Notes under the pieces: generated by a model
Told to the model about the DNA's origin: nothing
What the model saw: only the letters and a program-made list of their open reading frames with translations
Databases searched by the model: none
Shown here: positions 48,391 through 61,239 of the stretch, piece by piece
Numbering within the stretch: the first letter of the stretch is position 1
Layout: each line of letters begins with the position of its first letter
Source of the DNA: Camelus dromedarius
Lineage: Eukaryota
Assembly (NCBI RefSeq): GCF_036321535.1
Contig: NC_087436.1
Coordinates: forward strand, 113,276,001-113,340,000
Reading direction: 5' to 3'
Length of the DNA: 64,000 nt
Position numbers and translations under genes: made by a program

Positions 48391-48815
48391 AAAGCTAGGT
48401 CACCTTCCACATTTCTGTGCCTCATTTTACTCATCTGTAAAATGGAGATTAAAAAGTGCCAGGCAAGCAGTAGCACTGCAGAAAGACAGCTTTTATTGTT
48501 AAGATTGTGACAGGTCAGTAGGAGCGAGGCTAGTAATGAAAGTGAGGTCTGAGGGAAACGGGGAGTGTGTAGTTCCTTCTAGAGAGTGTATGTGGGCCTG
48601 TGTGCATGTGTACACATACGTATGCAAGTGCCTGCATCTATGCACATGTGTGTCTATACACACACGCACATGTGTGTGCAGCTGTACTGGGAACAGCGGG
48701 GACCCTAGCACTCAAACAAGACCAAAGCCCATCTCTGTCCTTAAGCAAAGCCTCTTAAGAGACCAGACTTGGTTCTTTTCTATTTATAATCTGATTACCT
48801 GCAATAATGACTTTT

Positions 48816-49424
48816 GAGCTTTTTTAGAAGTTGAAATCTAGTTGATTTACAATATTGTGTTAGTCTCAGGTGCACAGCAAAGTGATTCAGTTGCATATTT
48901 TTTTTTCAGATTATTTTCCATTACAGGTTATTACAAATTATTGAACATAGTTCCCTGTGCTTTACAGTACATCCTTGTTGCTTATCTATTTTATGGACAG
49001 TACTATGTGTCTGTTAATCCCATACCCCTGATTTACCCCTCCCCACCTCTCTCTCCCCTTTGGTAACCACAAGTTTGTTTTCTGTATCTGTGAGTCTGTT
49101 TCTGTTTTGTATATAGATTCATTTGCGTTATTTTTTAGATTCCACATATAAGTGATATCATATAGTATTTGTCTTTCTCTGACTTACTTCACTCAGTATA
49201 ATAGTCTCTAGGTCCATCCATGTTGCTGCAAATGGCAATCTTTCAGTCTTTTTTATGGCTGAGTTATATTTCATACATGTTTATGTATATATATATGTGT
49301 GTGTGTGTGTGTGGGTGTGTATATACACCGTATCTTTTTAAATCATCTATTGATGGACACTTGGGTTGCTTCCATGTCTTGGCTATTGTCAGTGGTGCTG
49401 CCATGAACATTGGGGTTCATGTGG
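48816..49424 (-). mobile_element. Lineage-specific L1 3' end (camelid/artiodactyl type)
   Basis: tagttgatttacaatattgtgttagt...ccctttggtaaccacaagtttg...tctaggtccatccatgttgctgcaaatggca; TSD caataatgactttt (48802-48815) / ccatgatgactttt (49425-49438). Confidence 0.92.
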
Positions 49425-49974
49425 CCATGATGACTTTTTAAGTCATTGCTGGATGAAAGGAACAACAGCAACACCATCTAACACCAAGTTTACTTATAAT
49501 ACAATTTTAATGAGTCCCAGATGCCCAAGTCTGCCCCAATCCATCAGGTGCCATGTACATGCCAGCGTGATTTGCGACAGCTGGGAATGGGCTGGTGTTA
49601 AGTATTACTCACAGGCTTTCCCTCACAGTTCTGGCACCACCACCAGGGGCATTATTTAGAACAGAACAGGAGGTGGAGTGAGAGTAGGAGGAATTCTGGA
49701 AATACCATTTTAAAGAGTTGATTTGATGAGAAATAGGTTATGTCTTGTATCTCATTTTAATGAAATTTTACTGAGTTCTTAGATTCTTTTGGGAAGAGTC
49801 TCTTGAAATAATAATGATTAAAAACCCATGACTTTGAGAGACACCCTGAGATTTGCAAAGCACACTTACCCCATCTCAGCCCGTTCCCCGTCAGCCTTGG
49901 GTGAGGGAAGACAGGACGGCTGCAGGAGCCTGGACTCTGGAAGTGAAAATGGGCCTGACTCCAGCCTCAGTCTC

Positions 49975-50422
49975 TGCGTTCATTTGCTGGGATGCAGTTA
50001 CAAATAACCACAAACCAGGTGGCTTAAAACACCAGGTACTTATTTCCTCTCAGTTTAGGGGACCAGAAGCCCCCAAAATCAAGGTGTCAGCAGGGTTGGC
50101 TCTTACGAGGATTTAGAGGGATTCTCTGTCCCAGGCCTCTCTCCCAGCTTCCAGGGTTTGGTGGCCACGCATGGCGCTCCCAGTGGGCAGATGTATCAGC
50201 CCCATCTCTTCCTCCAGCATCACATGGCCTTCTTCCTGTGTGTCCCTCCATGTGTTTACACAGCCTTCTTCAGAGGACCTTGGGCATTGAATTTAGCGTC
50301 CATCCTAATCCAGCAGGATCTCATCTTAATCATACCTGCCAAGATCCCATTTCCAAATAAGGACACATTCTGGGGTTCTGGGTGGATATGCATTTGTAGG
50401 AGGCACTATCCAGCCTGGTCCA
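49975..50422 (-). mobile_element. MaLR LTR MLT1C/D-like inserted in a MIR
   Basis: acaaataaccacaaaccaggtggcttaaaac...aaatcaaggtgtcagcaggg...atttccaaataagg; 5-bp TSD gtctc/atctc. Confidence 0.85.
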
Positions 50423-51929
50423 ATCTCTTACCAGCTGTGTAAGCTTCTCAGCAGTAAGTCTTTTCACTTGTCCTATGTAAGCCTTACGCCATTGGTTGTG
50501 AGAGTAAATGAGAAGGAGACACTCCCAGCGCCATGCCTCATGCGGAGTAAAGAGCAGAAGCACTGTGTTCCTGAGGTCAGCGCCTGGCTGTGCTGGGAGC
50601 TCATAGATCTCTCTGAGCCAGTTCCCTATGTTCATTAAAAGTTCCTTAAAGAAACAGACAATTTAGTCTATTTTATTTCCATTGCTGCATCTCAAGAGCT
50701 TTCTATAAGATGTGGTCAGTAGTGGGTGCTGACTTGTCTTGGCGAGTGTGAACTCTCACCTGGACATCACCTATCTCACAGAAGCATTGATGGGATGAAA
50801 TGAGACAAAATCGTGTCTGCTTCTTAGTGCTCAGTAAAATGCCCATTCTCTCTTTTTCTCTCTCTTCTGTAGCACAGACTGGCACAGAGTACAGACATTC
50901 TGAGCGATACCAGCAAGGACTGCACTCCTTAGTGAAAAGCTCTAGAAAGAGTCAAGGAAGCCGTGTTCTGAGCTCAGTGTAAGGCTTGAGTAGAATTTAG
51001 AGAATGGGAAGGAAAGAGGTCAGCCGGCTTGACAAACCACCAGGACCAGGCCCACTTCATCTACAAAAGGATCTTCACAGCCAGGTCTGGTCCAGGGACC
51101 ATGTACATGGTTAGGGAGGCCAGGGTGAGCTCCCTGTTCTCTTTGGCTCTTAAGTGCAGTAAAGAAACAGACCTAAGTATGTTAATATAAGCTTATGGGG
51201 CTTTATGAGTTCATTTTTCTGGGAAAAAAGTTTCAATGAAATATTTTAGACATATGCAAATGTACAAAAATAACAATGAATATTCTAAACTCATGTAAAG
51301 GAATGAAGTGTCGTCAGTACAAGGGGGATCTCTGTGTTGTCCTGGTTGGCACCTCTCTCTGACAGGTGGGAGTATTGTTCATGAAGTAAAGGATAGAGTG
51401 AGGAGAAATGACTGGCCCAGGGAGCCATATGGCACAAAAATTCAGCTCAGGGTTCCCCATCCTTCATAATGGGAATAGGCAAGCATAGACTTGTGTCATC
51501 TGGTGATGCTTCCTTGCTGCTTTCCAAGCAAAGGAAACAGGCTATCACTCCAAAGGCCAGAGGTGTGTGAATGGCACAATGATCCTTTCCTTGCTCCCCT
51601 GGACACCATTTCTAAGGTAGTCTTATCCTATTGAATGATAACGTCACAGAAACTGGAGGACAGAAGACTCCAGTAGCCCACATTCTAAACTAAAGCTCCA
51701 ACAGAGGCCAAGATCAAGCAGCATGCCCGAGGAGCCCTAAGAGGTGGCAGAATTAGCCCCGCCCCTGCCCAGCCACCATACCAGACCCCCCTCAAGCTGT
51801 GAGACACAGAAGATGAGGAAGCTGCGGAAACTGTCACCTTGCTGGGGAGGAGACATCTCCCTTCTTCAGAAGCCAGGTGGAGGGGCTGCTTTCAGAGAAT
51901 CATTTTTGGAAGCTGAGGGCATCTTAATT

Positions 51930-52251
51930 ATCAACTGGACTTCACTGAACTGCAGAACCTTCAGGCCTTGCCTGGCCTTACCCACCCACCGTACTGTGAG
52001 AAGCCGTGTCACGTAGAGAGGCCACGTGTAGGCTTTTAGGTCAACAGCCCCACCGAGCTGCTAGAGGACAGCCGGGATGAAAGACCGACCATGGGGGGAG
52101 CCACCCTGGACATCCAGCCTCTGGACGGCTACAGCTCAGCACCGCACAGCGGGGCCCAGCCAACCTGTAGAACTATGAGAGACGATCATAAAGTATAGTT
52201 TCAAGCCAAATTTGGGATGGTTTGTTATACAGTAAAGAGACAAGTGGAACA
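51930..52251 (+). mobile_element. MaLR LTR MLT1H-like (3' part)
   Basis: tgtgagaagcc...agagaggccacgtgtagg...gcccagccaacctgtagaactatgaga...ggtttgttatacag...ggaaca. Confidence 0.7.
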
Positions 52252-52269
52252 CTGTCTGTTCTCTCTTTC

Positions 52270-52385
52270 CTGTCCCTTCTAACTCTTCAAGGGAATTGAG
52301 GCTCAGAGAAGAGGAATAACTTACCAGTGTCACATAACTAAGTAGCAGGACGGAGACTGGAACCCAGGCATATTTGACTCCCCCA
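52270..52385 (-). mobile_element. MIR SINE
   Basis: ggaattgaggctcagagaagaggaataacttaccagtgtcacataactaagtagcagg. Confidence 0.7.
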
Positions 52386-52406
52386 TGAAACACATTTCTA
52401 TGGAAG

Positions 52407-52778
52407 TGTCTTAGTCAGCTCTGGCTGCTATAAAACAATACCATAGGCTGGTAGCTAAAACCACAGAAGTGTATTCCTTGGAGCTCTGGAGGCTGGGAAG
52501 TCCCAGATCAAGGTGCTGCCTAACTGATCCTTGGTGAGAGCCTTCTTGCAGAAGGCTGCCTTCTTGCTCTATCCTCATGTGGTTGAGAGCAAGCAGGGAA
52601 GCTCTCATCTCTTCTTTTAAGGGCACTAATCCTGTTTTGGGGGGCTCCATCCTCATGACCTCATGACCCCATCTAAGCCTAGTTACCTCCCAAAGGCCCA
52701 CCTCCTTATACTATTACACTGGGGGTTAGGGTTTCAGCACACGCATTTTGGGAGCACACAAACATTCAGTTCACAACA
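52407..52778 (-). mobile_element. MaLR LTR MLT1A-like
   Basis: tgtcttagtcagctctggctgctataaaacaatacc...ttacctcccaaaggccc...aaacattcagttcacaaca; TSD ggaag/ggagg. Confidence 0.9.
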
Positions 52779-53394
52779 GGAGGGTCTTCCAACGTCAGAG
52801 ATATGCCACCAAATACCATAATCAAAAGCCCTGTGGCCTCCAAATTGAATGCCTTGGGAATGAAAAGAAATTGAAATTGAGCAAGCAAGCGTCTTCAGGG
52901 CTGCTAGTTTTCATGCCATCCTGATGCCAGAGCTGCCCTTGAACGTCAGGAGTCCCTGGTCATTAAGCCCTGACCAGCCATTCAAGCCCAAATCAGCATA
53001 CTCTGAGCCAAGGACATCTTCATCACCCTGGTAACTATTCAGGCCCTGCTGTAGGGGGCACATTCCGGAGGCCAGGGAACAGGCAGAGGTGGAGAGCTGG
53101 CACACAAAGAGACACTTCTCAGAAAGCAGCCCAGAGAAATTCACAAAAGTCACGTTTGCCTCGGTCTAATATTTGCCATTCCCAAATTTCACATCTGCAA
53201 ACAGCAAGGGTTGAGTCCGTGGTCATGGACACAGTCTGGCTGAGTGCTGTTTCTTGTTCTTTATGGCTTTTCCAAGAGAGTCGCTGTGTTGTGCAGACAT
53301 GACATGATTTGTCTTTCAAATCTCTCTTTCTCTCTTTTCTCCCTCCGTCTCCCACTCTCTTCCCACCCAACACAAAAAGGCTTGAAAGAAGGCA

Positions 53395-53620
53395 TTAGCA
53401 AATTAATATGTATTGAGCACTGACTGTGTTTCAGACACCATGTTGGGTATACAATGCCATATTATTTGATTCTTATGATAATCCCATGAAAAGGGGTGTA
53501 TCACCCCCATTGGTGGGCCAGAATAGTCATGTTCAGAGACGTTGATGAAAATGTCCAAAATCACACAGCCCATAAGGACTGGCACTGGATTGGAACTTCC
53601 TCCCTCCTGCCCTCAGATCC
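53395..53620 (-). mobile_element. MIR SINE
   Basis: atgtattgagcactgactgtgtttcagacacc...tgtccaaaatcacacagcc. Confidence 0.7.
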
Positions 53621-54659
53621 CTGCTTCGCCCTTCTTGCCTTTCCAGCTGAAGGAAGCAGATTCTACGGTGAGCCAGTTGATCCCCTCTCTGGACCAGAAC
53701 TCAATATGAAACTCCTTCCCTCTTACTTCCCACGTAGGACCCAACCCTGGAAGCGCAGTGTCTATCTCAAGGACAACTTGAGGGGAAGAGAGGTAGGGAC
53801 AATGTCTTATCTTTCATCACGTCTTAAAGCAAACATCTTCGGAGGTCCTAAGGATCACCTGTGAAATGAATGAGGGCAAAGAGACGGGAAAGTCACCTCA
53901 ATCATTTTTATAAATGTCAACAAATCTCCTGCCCTTGTTTCACTGCTAAACATAAAAAGATGAACAAGACCATCTCTACCCTTAGGCTAATAACAGTTTA
54001 TGCTGTTGCCAAGCATTTAAAATATTGTACTCCCTTCTTATTTAATTCTCACAAGAATCCTAGTAGGAAGCCATCAGTATATCCATTTTATTGAAGAGAA
54101 TGAGGGTGACTGTCCAAGGACCCGCAGTCGGGATAGACACAGCTGCTGCCAGAGCTGTAGAAATTGTGCGTTGCCACTGGGTACCAAGTCCATGCCGGCA
54201 GTGGGAGAGGATCATCCTGGATTAGGCAATAAAAGGGTCCATTATCTGAAGACAAACTAAAACTGACGTGAAGTGGTCTGTTTTTTTTATTACCACTAAG
54301 CCCTGATAATGGTATACAATGTCAGTGATCAAATACTCTGTTCTAAAAAACATCTTTTGCTGCCCAAGGTTGTAAACAATTCTGCAGTTAGTACTGTATT
54401 TGAATATATATGCAGCTTTCAGATCAGCTCACGTTTATTCCCCATGCTTTAAGACGTGCTCTCCTTGGGGGTTACCTCCAAGGACCCCCGAGTGTCCACT
54501 GGGTACCCTGACTTCCATGGACTCAGCTTTACTCCCGTTTCAAGAATAAACTGGTCATGGTTTGAAACTGCTTGAGCTCACTTGCAGGTCAGTTCGTGTC
54601 TCCAGCTCAATACAACTCGGCTGTGGGTGATCACGGAGCAGAGCCCCCATGGGGAGGGA

Positions 54660-55400
54660 AGCCAGGCTCTGTGCTGGGCAGGGAGTGAGACAGACAAGGT
54701 CCATTCTCTAAGGGGTGTCCATCTTTAGGAAGGAGGCAGACGGTGAGCAAGAAAACAAACAGGAACACAGAATTATGCTCTGAAGGATAGAAGAACAAGT
54801 CCTTTGGGCATATAATGGGAGGAGGGGTCTATTTCGATAGGATGGCCAGGAAGTCCTTCTACAGAGGAGACGTCTTGGCAGAAATGTGAAGAATAAGCAA
54901 GAGTTAGTTGAGTTGTTCCCTCCAGAGGCAGGGCACAAGGGCCCTGGGCCCAGAAACAGCGTATGCGATAGCCTGAGAGAGAGATTTCCAGCCTCAGGAC
55001 CCAAGGAGAGAGAAGGGTGAGAAATGGCAGGAGGAAAATTTGGAGAAGGAAGTGGGAATCTGCTACACAGAGAGCCTGGGTGGGGCCGGGGCATGGATTT
55101 TATCTGAATTGAATTTTACTTTACTTGCCACACACAGATAGAAGTTAAGAGGAGAAGAAACTTACTCTGATGCACATTTTCAAAAGATCTCTCTTGCTGC
55201 GACATGGTGAGGACAGTGGGAGTCGTCAGGAAAGAGGATGGTGGTCTCCTGGCAAGTGGAGAGAAGGTGGGAGTCCCAGACATCTTTCAGGGTACCATCT
55301 TGTTGATGAAGCTTGTGTGGTCATGGAAACTAGAGGGTCAAGAGCAAATATTAGCTGTCAGTTTTGTTTTGAGTAGGTGGTAGAGCCATTTTCTGAAGTG
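54660..55400 (-). mobile_element. L2 LINE 3' region
   Basis: ggccaggaagtccttctacagaggagacg...ccagaggcagggcacaagggccctgg...cattttcaaaagatctctct. Confidence 0.7.
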
Positions 55401-55639
55401 GAGAAGAACTGGGGAGAAACAGAGAGAATGTGTGTGTGTGTGTTTGTGTGTGTGGATGTGTTCAGGTAATATAATATGTTTACAGTGAAGACAATTTGGA
55501 AAGTAAGAAGGAAGTGAAAACCATCTCATCAATTAAAGCCAAACACTATTAACAGTTCAGGGTATATCTTTTCAGCCTTTTTTCTTTATATTTTCACTTA
55601 AATATACAGGATACCATTATATGCAAAGTAACGTACCTT

Positions 55640-55870
55640 AGTAATTAGGGGTTAGATAAACCGCTGACCTGACTTCATGTACCTTGCCATGTGACTTTGG
55701 CAATGTACTTATCGTCTCCAAACTTCCTCATCTAGAAAGTAGGGATGCACTAAGCTACAATTCAATGCACGGTTGTGAAGATGGAATAAATGATGCAGAT
55801 AATGCACTTAGCACAATCCCTGGCAAATACCAGGCCCAAGACTTGCTAATTACCATTGTTATTGCTAATG
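55640..55870 (+). mobile_element. MIR SINE
   Basis: tgtgactttggcaatgtactt...cttcctcatctagaaagtaggg...gcacttagcacaatccctggca. Confidence 0.75.
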
Positions 55871-57039
55871 TTTATATGAGTATGTCTCTAGGATAAATTC
55901 TTAGAAGTCCATGCCCACCCGCCCTAGAGTACTATACAATAACAATGACAGAAAAAGCAAATCCCCTAGCAGAATACATGTACACGATCCACAATAACTC
56001 CCTGATTTTTTTTCTGACCCAGAGGGATTCTGGGGGAAAAAGGTTACTAAAGATTCATATAGTAAAATCAATCTGACCTGAAGCCATAGCCACATATTTT
56101 TTTGAATATTAAACTAGCAGGGATGAAGCATAGAATATTTTCTCAATTATTTTTAAGATAATCCAATATTTTACTTGTTTCTTATTAGATGGAATCTTTT
56201 CTTGCCACAAATTAGTGTCATGTTACTGCTCCAGGTGGGGACATTCTACCTGGGTCAGGTGAACCAGAGAACATCTCAAATTGGCTCTGCTGGTGATAGT
56301 AAACAGCTGTGATGACAAAGTAAGCCGGCACCACCTCAGAGGCACATTTCACCTGGAGTTGCTGTCCTTGCTTTGCCTCCATCATTGGTGAATCCGATTT
56401 TTCCTGGTCATTTTGCTTCGCCAGATTCCCATGCCTCAAAGGTGCTTCTGTTCATACAAAGTCACTTAAAAGACCAAAGAAGTTCAGTCCATACAGGGGC
56501 TGGTGGCTACACTGGAGGCTGGGCATGAAGCCATGAAATCTTCAAACCAGTACAGGAATAATCCAAGTAGGAACCCTCGAGGATAGGGATCGAGTCTGTC
56601 CCATTGATCTGCAGTGGCTTGAAAAACTCCAGGAACACCAGCATGTGGAACAGTGAATGCAAGTCAAGGAAACACACACAGGGGCAAGGAATCACGCAGA
56701 AACCCAGGGAGTGCTGATTCATTTCCTTGCCAAGTTTAATTCCTTAGTCCAGGAGCCAATTAAGTTGGAACACTTGTTAATAAAAATAGGGCCAAACAAG
56801 GACCCCCCTCTGCGGTTGATGGAGATGATTTGGCTACAGAAATGACATCATGGAAGGGGCCAGAGCTAAAGAAAGTGGTCCTGTTCGAGGTATAGTGTCG
56901 TCACAAAGCCTAATTTCGCAACAACTTAAGACATACAGTTTTGATCACAAAGGGAAAGTGTGTGAAAATGTATTGTGGCCCATAAGATGCTCTAAAATGT
57001 ACAGCGATGTTGTCTTGCTCAAACCTGCAATTTAAAGAT

Positions 57040-57680
57040 GTAGAAGTAGACGCTGAGAGAAGTTAGGTAAACAGACCATGGATGAAGCATAAGTTAGCTG
57101 CTGACTCTGGTACCTGAAGTGGCATCCTTCGATGCCAGATTCACTGTTCTCTTTGCTGTAGCATGATGCCTCTAGGACCACGTTGTCAAGAATGCATATG
57201 GTAATTCTCATTTCCTGGCTACCAAGCCTCTTCCATGCTGATCTTGATAAACCCTCCCCAGAACCCTGTACAGTCACATGATTATCCTCATTTTCCCGGT
57301 GGGAGGAGAGGATGAGAAACTTACTTGTATCACAGAGGTGGAAATTGAACCCACGTATCTCTAATTCTAACAGCCACCTTTTCAACCACCGCAGTACGTT
57401 GCCTCTCATGGGTTTCCTCAATCCAAAACCATCTCTCAGTGGTGCCAAATTCTGTGCTCTTGGTAAGCATTTGCTATGTTGCTGGAAACAGGCTACCTAC
57501 ATCACAAGCATTAACTCATCTTACCCTCCTACTCCAGTAAAGTCGGTATTCTTACTCCTGGTTTATAAAAGGGGATAAGTCAGCTAACAGAAGTCAAGGA
57601 ACTTGCCTAAGGTCAAAGTGTGGTGAGACAACTGCTCTTTTGCCCGACTCCCAAGAAATGTCCTTTGCACCTGTGGCCTC
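57040..57680 (-). mobile_element. Three adjacent, same-orientation MIR fragments
   Basis: Separate cores near 57050, 57290 and 57570 (e.g. agaagtcaaggaacttgcctaaggtca). Confidence 0.6.
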
Positions 57681-58228
57681 CCGTGCTGCAGCCTTGTGAA
57701 TATTGGAGGTAGGGTAACAATCATTACCATGAGTAAATACCAGCTTTAGCAGTCGCCATGGTCACTACAAATAATTGTGGCAGCAGATGGATCAGGAAGG
57801 AACCAGAAGTAAAAATTTAATAGTAATTTTAAATAAATGCCACCAAACAGATCAGAAGATCAAGCAATGGGAGAGATGAGAAGAAGAAATGCACACATCT
57901 ATGGCAGTAATAAGAAAAGTAATAAAATCTTCCAGCAAACATACACAAGACCGAAGGTGCTGAAAGATGAATATTTCTTCAAGGAAAAATGGATTTGTAG
58001 CTAAAAAAAGTTTGTAAAATGATGGTGTAGAATCAAATTGATTTATACACGTGAGCCTACACATATGCACGTATGTTTACACTTATGCATGACTCTAGGT
58101 TTTTTTTAACACGTTAGAGTAAAAATTTACATTTTCATGAAGAGATACATCACTTCTTGAGCTTATTTGATGGAAGAACCCTTTCTTCCCTTTTTGTTTT
58201 CCCTCAGAATACTGATTGGTATTTAGAA

Positions 58229-59124
58229 CAGGGGTAGGCAAACTTTTCTGTAAGGCCCAGTTAGCAAATATTTTAGGCTTTGTGGGCCATATGTTACTTC
58301 TTGCAATTATTTAATTCTTTCATGTAACATGGAAACAGTCACTGACAATGCCTATATAAATGAGCATACGTGATTGTGTTCCACAGGCAAAGACACTTTG
58401 GAAAACACTTTGGCACGGTCTTATAATGCAGAAAAAGACGTGCTTTGCGAGCCAGCAGTCCTCATTCTAGAATTTACTATGCAGGTGCCTCTGGAGATCC
58501 ATTTAAGAATGTTCACAGAAGCCTCGTCTGTAAGAACAAGAAAACTCGGAACAAATCGAATGCCCAGGGATGGCAGAATAGAGAAATAAACTGTGATGTG
58601 TTCAAACCGCGGAAAACTATACATCAGAGAAAATAAATGAACTACGACAAAACACCCACCTGGGTAAATATTAGAAACACAATGCTGAGTTGAGAAAACG
58701 GAGAGCAATTTCATTTTTATAAAACTCAAAAAATGAGTAAAATTATATAATGCACTGTTTGGGGGCACATGCACAGGTGGAAAAATTACCCCCCAAAAGT
58801 CAAGAAAGTTATAAACACAAATTTCAGGAGAATATTTATATTTAAGAGTGAAGTAGGGGATATGGGAGGAGAGCCAGGTGATGTTCAGTTTACCAGTTTA
58901 CCAGTTTACACCACTCAATGGTGTTTGCTGTATTATTATGACGTTATGCTTTTCATAAATATTACGTTTTCTTTTGTGCAAATCAGCATTAAGTGAAATA
59001 AAAAGGTGTGATGAAGCAAGAGAAAAAAAAAAAAAGAAAGATTGTGTTTCAATAAAACCGTATTTACCAAAACAGGTGGTGAATGGGTGAGATTTGGCCC
59101 ATGGGCTATGGATTCCTGACCCTA
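58229..59124. mobile_element. MER58A-like hAT DNA transposon split by a retro-insertion
   Basis: caggggtaggcaaacttttctgtaaggcccag...aaatattttaggctttgtgggccat / aataaaaccgtatttaccaaaacagg...gatttggccc; 8-bp TSD atttagaa/atatagca. Confidence 0.85.
58384..59039 (+). mobile_element. Retroposed copy of a decayed L1ME-derived polyadenylated sequence
   Basis: Very diverged L1 3' body; AATAAA 58997-59002, 20 nt, then A13 from 59023; TSD gattgtgttcca (58372-58383) / gattgtgtttca (59040-59051). Confidence 0.75.
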
Positions 59125-59399
59125 ATATAGCAGGATGCTTTTGTTTCCTCAAACACAGCTTAGGTGATGCTGCCTGATAGTGCGTTCACTGACTGTTTAC
59201 CAAGTGCTAGAGTGGACTATGTGGTTTCTCTGGTCTCACCTGCCGCAAGCATCAGAAACCTGAGTCTGATAGTAAGGTAGGGCTGATGCAATAAAGGTAT
59301 CTGTACAAATATCTGGAGGGGCTCTTTGAGACTTTATAAAAATGATAGACTAGCTGTTACAGATGATCCCACATTCTAGAAAAATAACTCCAAGGCATA

Positions 59400-60045
59400 C
59401 TTTTATACAAATAAAAAACCCAAAGCAAATTCTGTTACTAGTATCCCAAAAACAAATAAAATATACACATGCAAAAAATTAGTGATATCAAATAGCCATA
59501 AATAAAATTTAACATGTATTAATAATAAAAATGCTAACTGTGTAAGAACTTGAAGTCTACATCATTAGCATGGCAAAGTATATTCCAAAACAGCCGATAT
59601 TGTACTTAATGATAAAACATGAGAAGTTCTTGCCTTGACATCAAGAATAAAACCAAGCTCCTAGCATCTCAATTATTATTTAATTGTATTCTCCATATCC
59701 GGACAGCCTAATAAGGCCTTAACCATAAATAAGGGCTGTAAGTATTAAAAAAGAATCATTATGTGAGGATGATACAATTCAGTATTTTAAAAATATCTAA
59801 GTGACTTAACCAAAATGCTATAAGAATTAATAAGAATTTACGAGGGGAGAGGACAGAGAGAAGACAAATATATAAAAATCAGTGGCATTTCTCCAAGTCA
59901 GCTATTTCTAGCTTGAAACATAAGGAAAAGATAAATAAAAAGCAGGGTGTTGGTTAATTATAAAATATTAGGCAATAGCTTTGACCAAAAGAAGAGTGCA
60001 TGTTTATATGTCTTTACTAGAATATTCATATGATTTGAATAGAAA
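59400..60045 (+). mobile_element. Ancient L1 ORF2 RT-region fossil
   Basis: ttatgtgaggatgatacaatt resembles decayed LFADDMI; aaatatataaaaatcagtggcatttctc resembles NIQKSVAFL. Confidence 0.7.
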
Positions 60046-60243
60046 TCTCCCTGAGCCCCATGCAGGAGCAGAAATGCGATCGGAGCTAAGCATTAACCCG
60101 AAGGATATCCTAGGAGTCTTGCTTCCTACTGGTTGTCATATCCCAGAAGAACAGAAGTCAGAAACTGAGCTGTTAATGTTAGGTCGTAGCCCCACTTGTG
60201 GTAAAGAAAGAACACCATTGGGATGTTCACAGACATGAGATGG

Positions 60244-60900
60244 TGTTGCATAATAAAGAATTTGTCTGATTTTTGTCCACAGATCCTAGTACAGAGTTTC
60301 TAAAACCCTTATAACCTCCCAAGTGATAAGAGTGTCCATTATTCATGAGTCCCTCGGGCCACACCTGAATTTAAGGTAATGAGATGACTCATGCTTGGCC
60401 TCTAGATGGTTTCAGGTTGGAGACTGGTCACTGGAAAGACCAACTATGCGATTAGTGGGCTGAGAATTGGAGCCAGTTTGACTTCTCGAGTAGGGAAGGG
60501 AGCTGGAGGTTGAGTTCAGTCATGTGGCCACAATTAATCAATCATGCCCACATAATGAGACTTCAGTGAAAAGCTGTATGCGGAAGCTTGTTGGCACTTC
60601 CTGGTTGGGGAAGACATCAATGTGCTGGGAGAGGGGTGTGTCCTGTTTCCATGGGGAAGAGGCTCAGGAGCTCCACAATCAGGACTCTCCCAGCCCCTGA
60701 CCCATCTGTCTCTTCCTTTGGCTGGTCCTGAACTGTATCCTTCAAAATAAAACTGCAGTTATAGGAATGGCACTTTTCTGAGTTCTGTGAGTCATTCTCG
60801 AAAACTGTCAAACCAGAAGGGGTCAGGGGAACCCGCAAATTGTACGATGGATTAAAGAATGCATGGTGACGTGATGTCAACCTTGCCAGTGAGGTGGCCG
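60244..60900 (+). mobile_element. MER21-like LTR
   Basis: ctaaaaccctt...gtgataagagtgtc...aatgagatgactcatg...gagctggaggttgagttca...aatcaatcatgcc...ctgagttctgtgagtcattct. Confidence 0.8.
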
Positions 60901-61239
60901 GAGGAGAAACAGCCCTGAGGGGGCTGGACTGTGGTGGGATGACATGATGCCTTGATCTGGGGCTGAGCAGCTGCATGGTTGACTCACTGAGGATGGACCA
61001 CGTGGAAAAATGCAAAGCTTTCAGGAGAAAAGTCCTGCCTCAGGATTTCCTCTTGGCCGGGGGATGAATGAATCACTGCCCAGAGTTCAGACCATTTCAT
61101 CGACGGCTGTTTTCCGCTACTTGGAACAGAGAGCATCAGGATGCAGTGGGGAAGCCAGAAAGGAGACCCCAAGTTTCCTAAGGCTTCTGGGGATGAGGTA
61201 CTACTAACATGTGGCCATGTGACTCCATCCTGGGGAAAG

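Noticed and set aside
52136..52152. tcagcaccgcacagcg RE1-like string
   Set aside because: Right half-site mismatched, no spacer, and inside an MLT1 LTR
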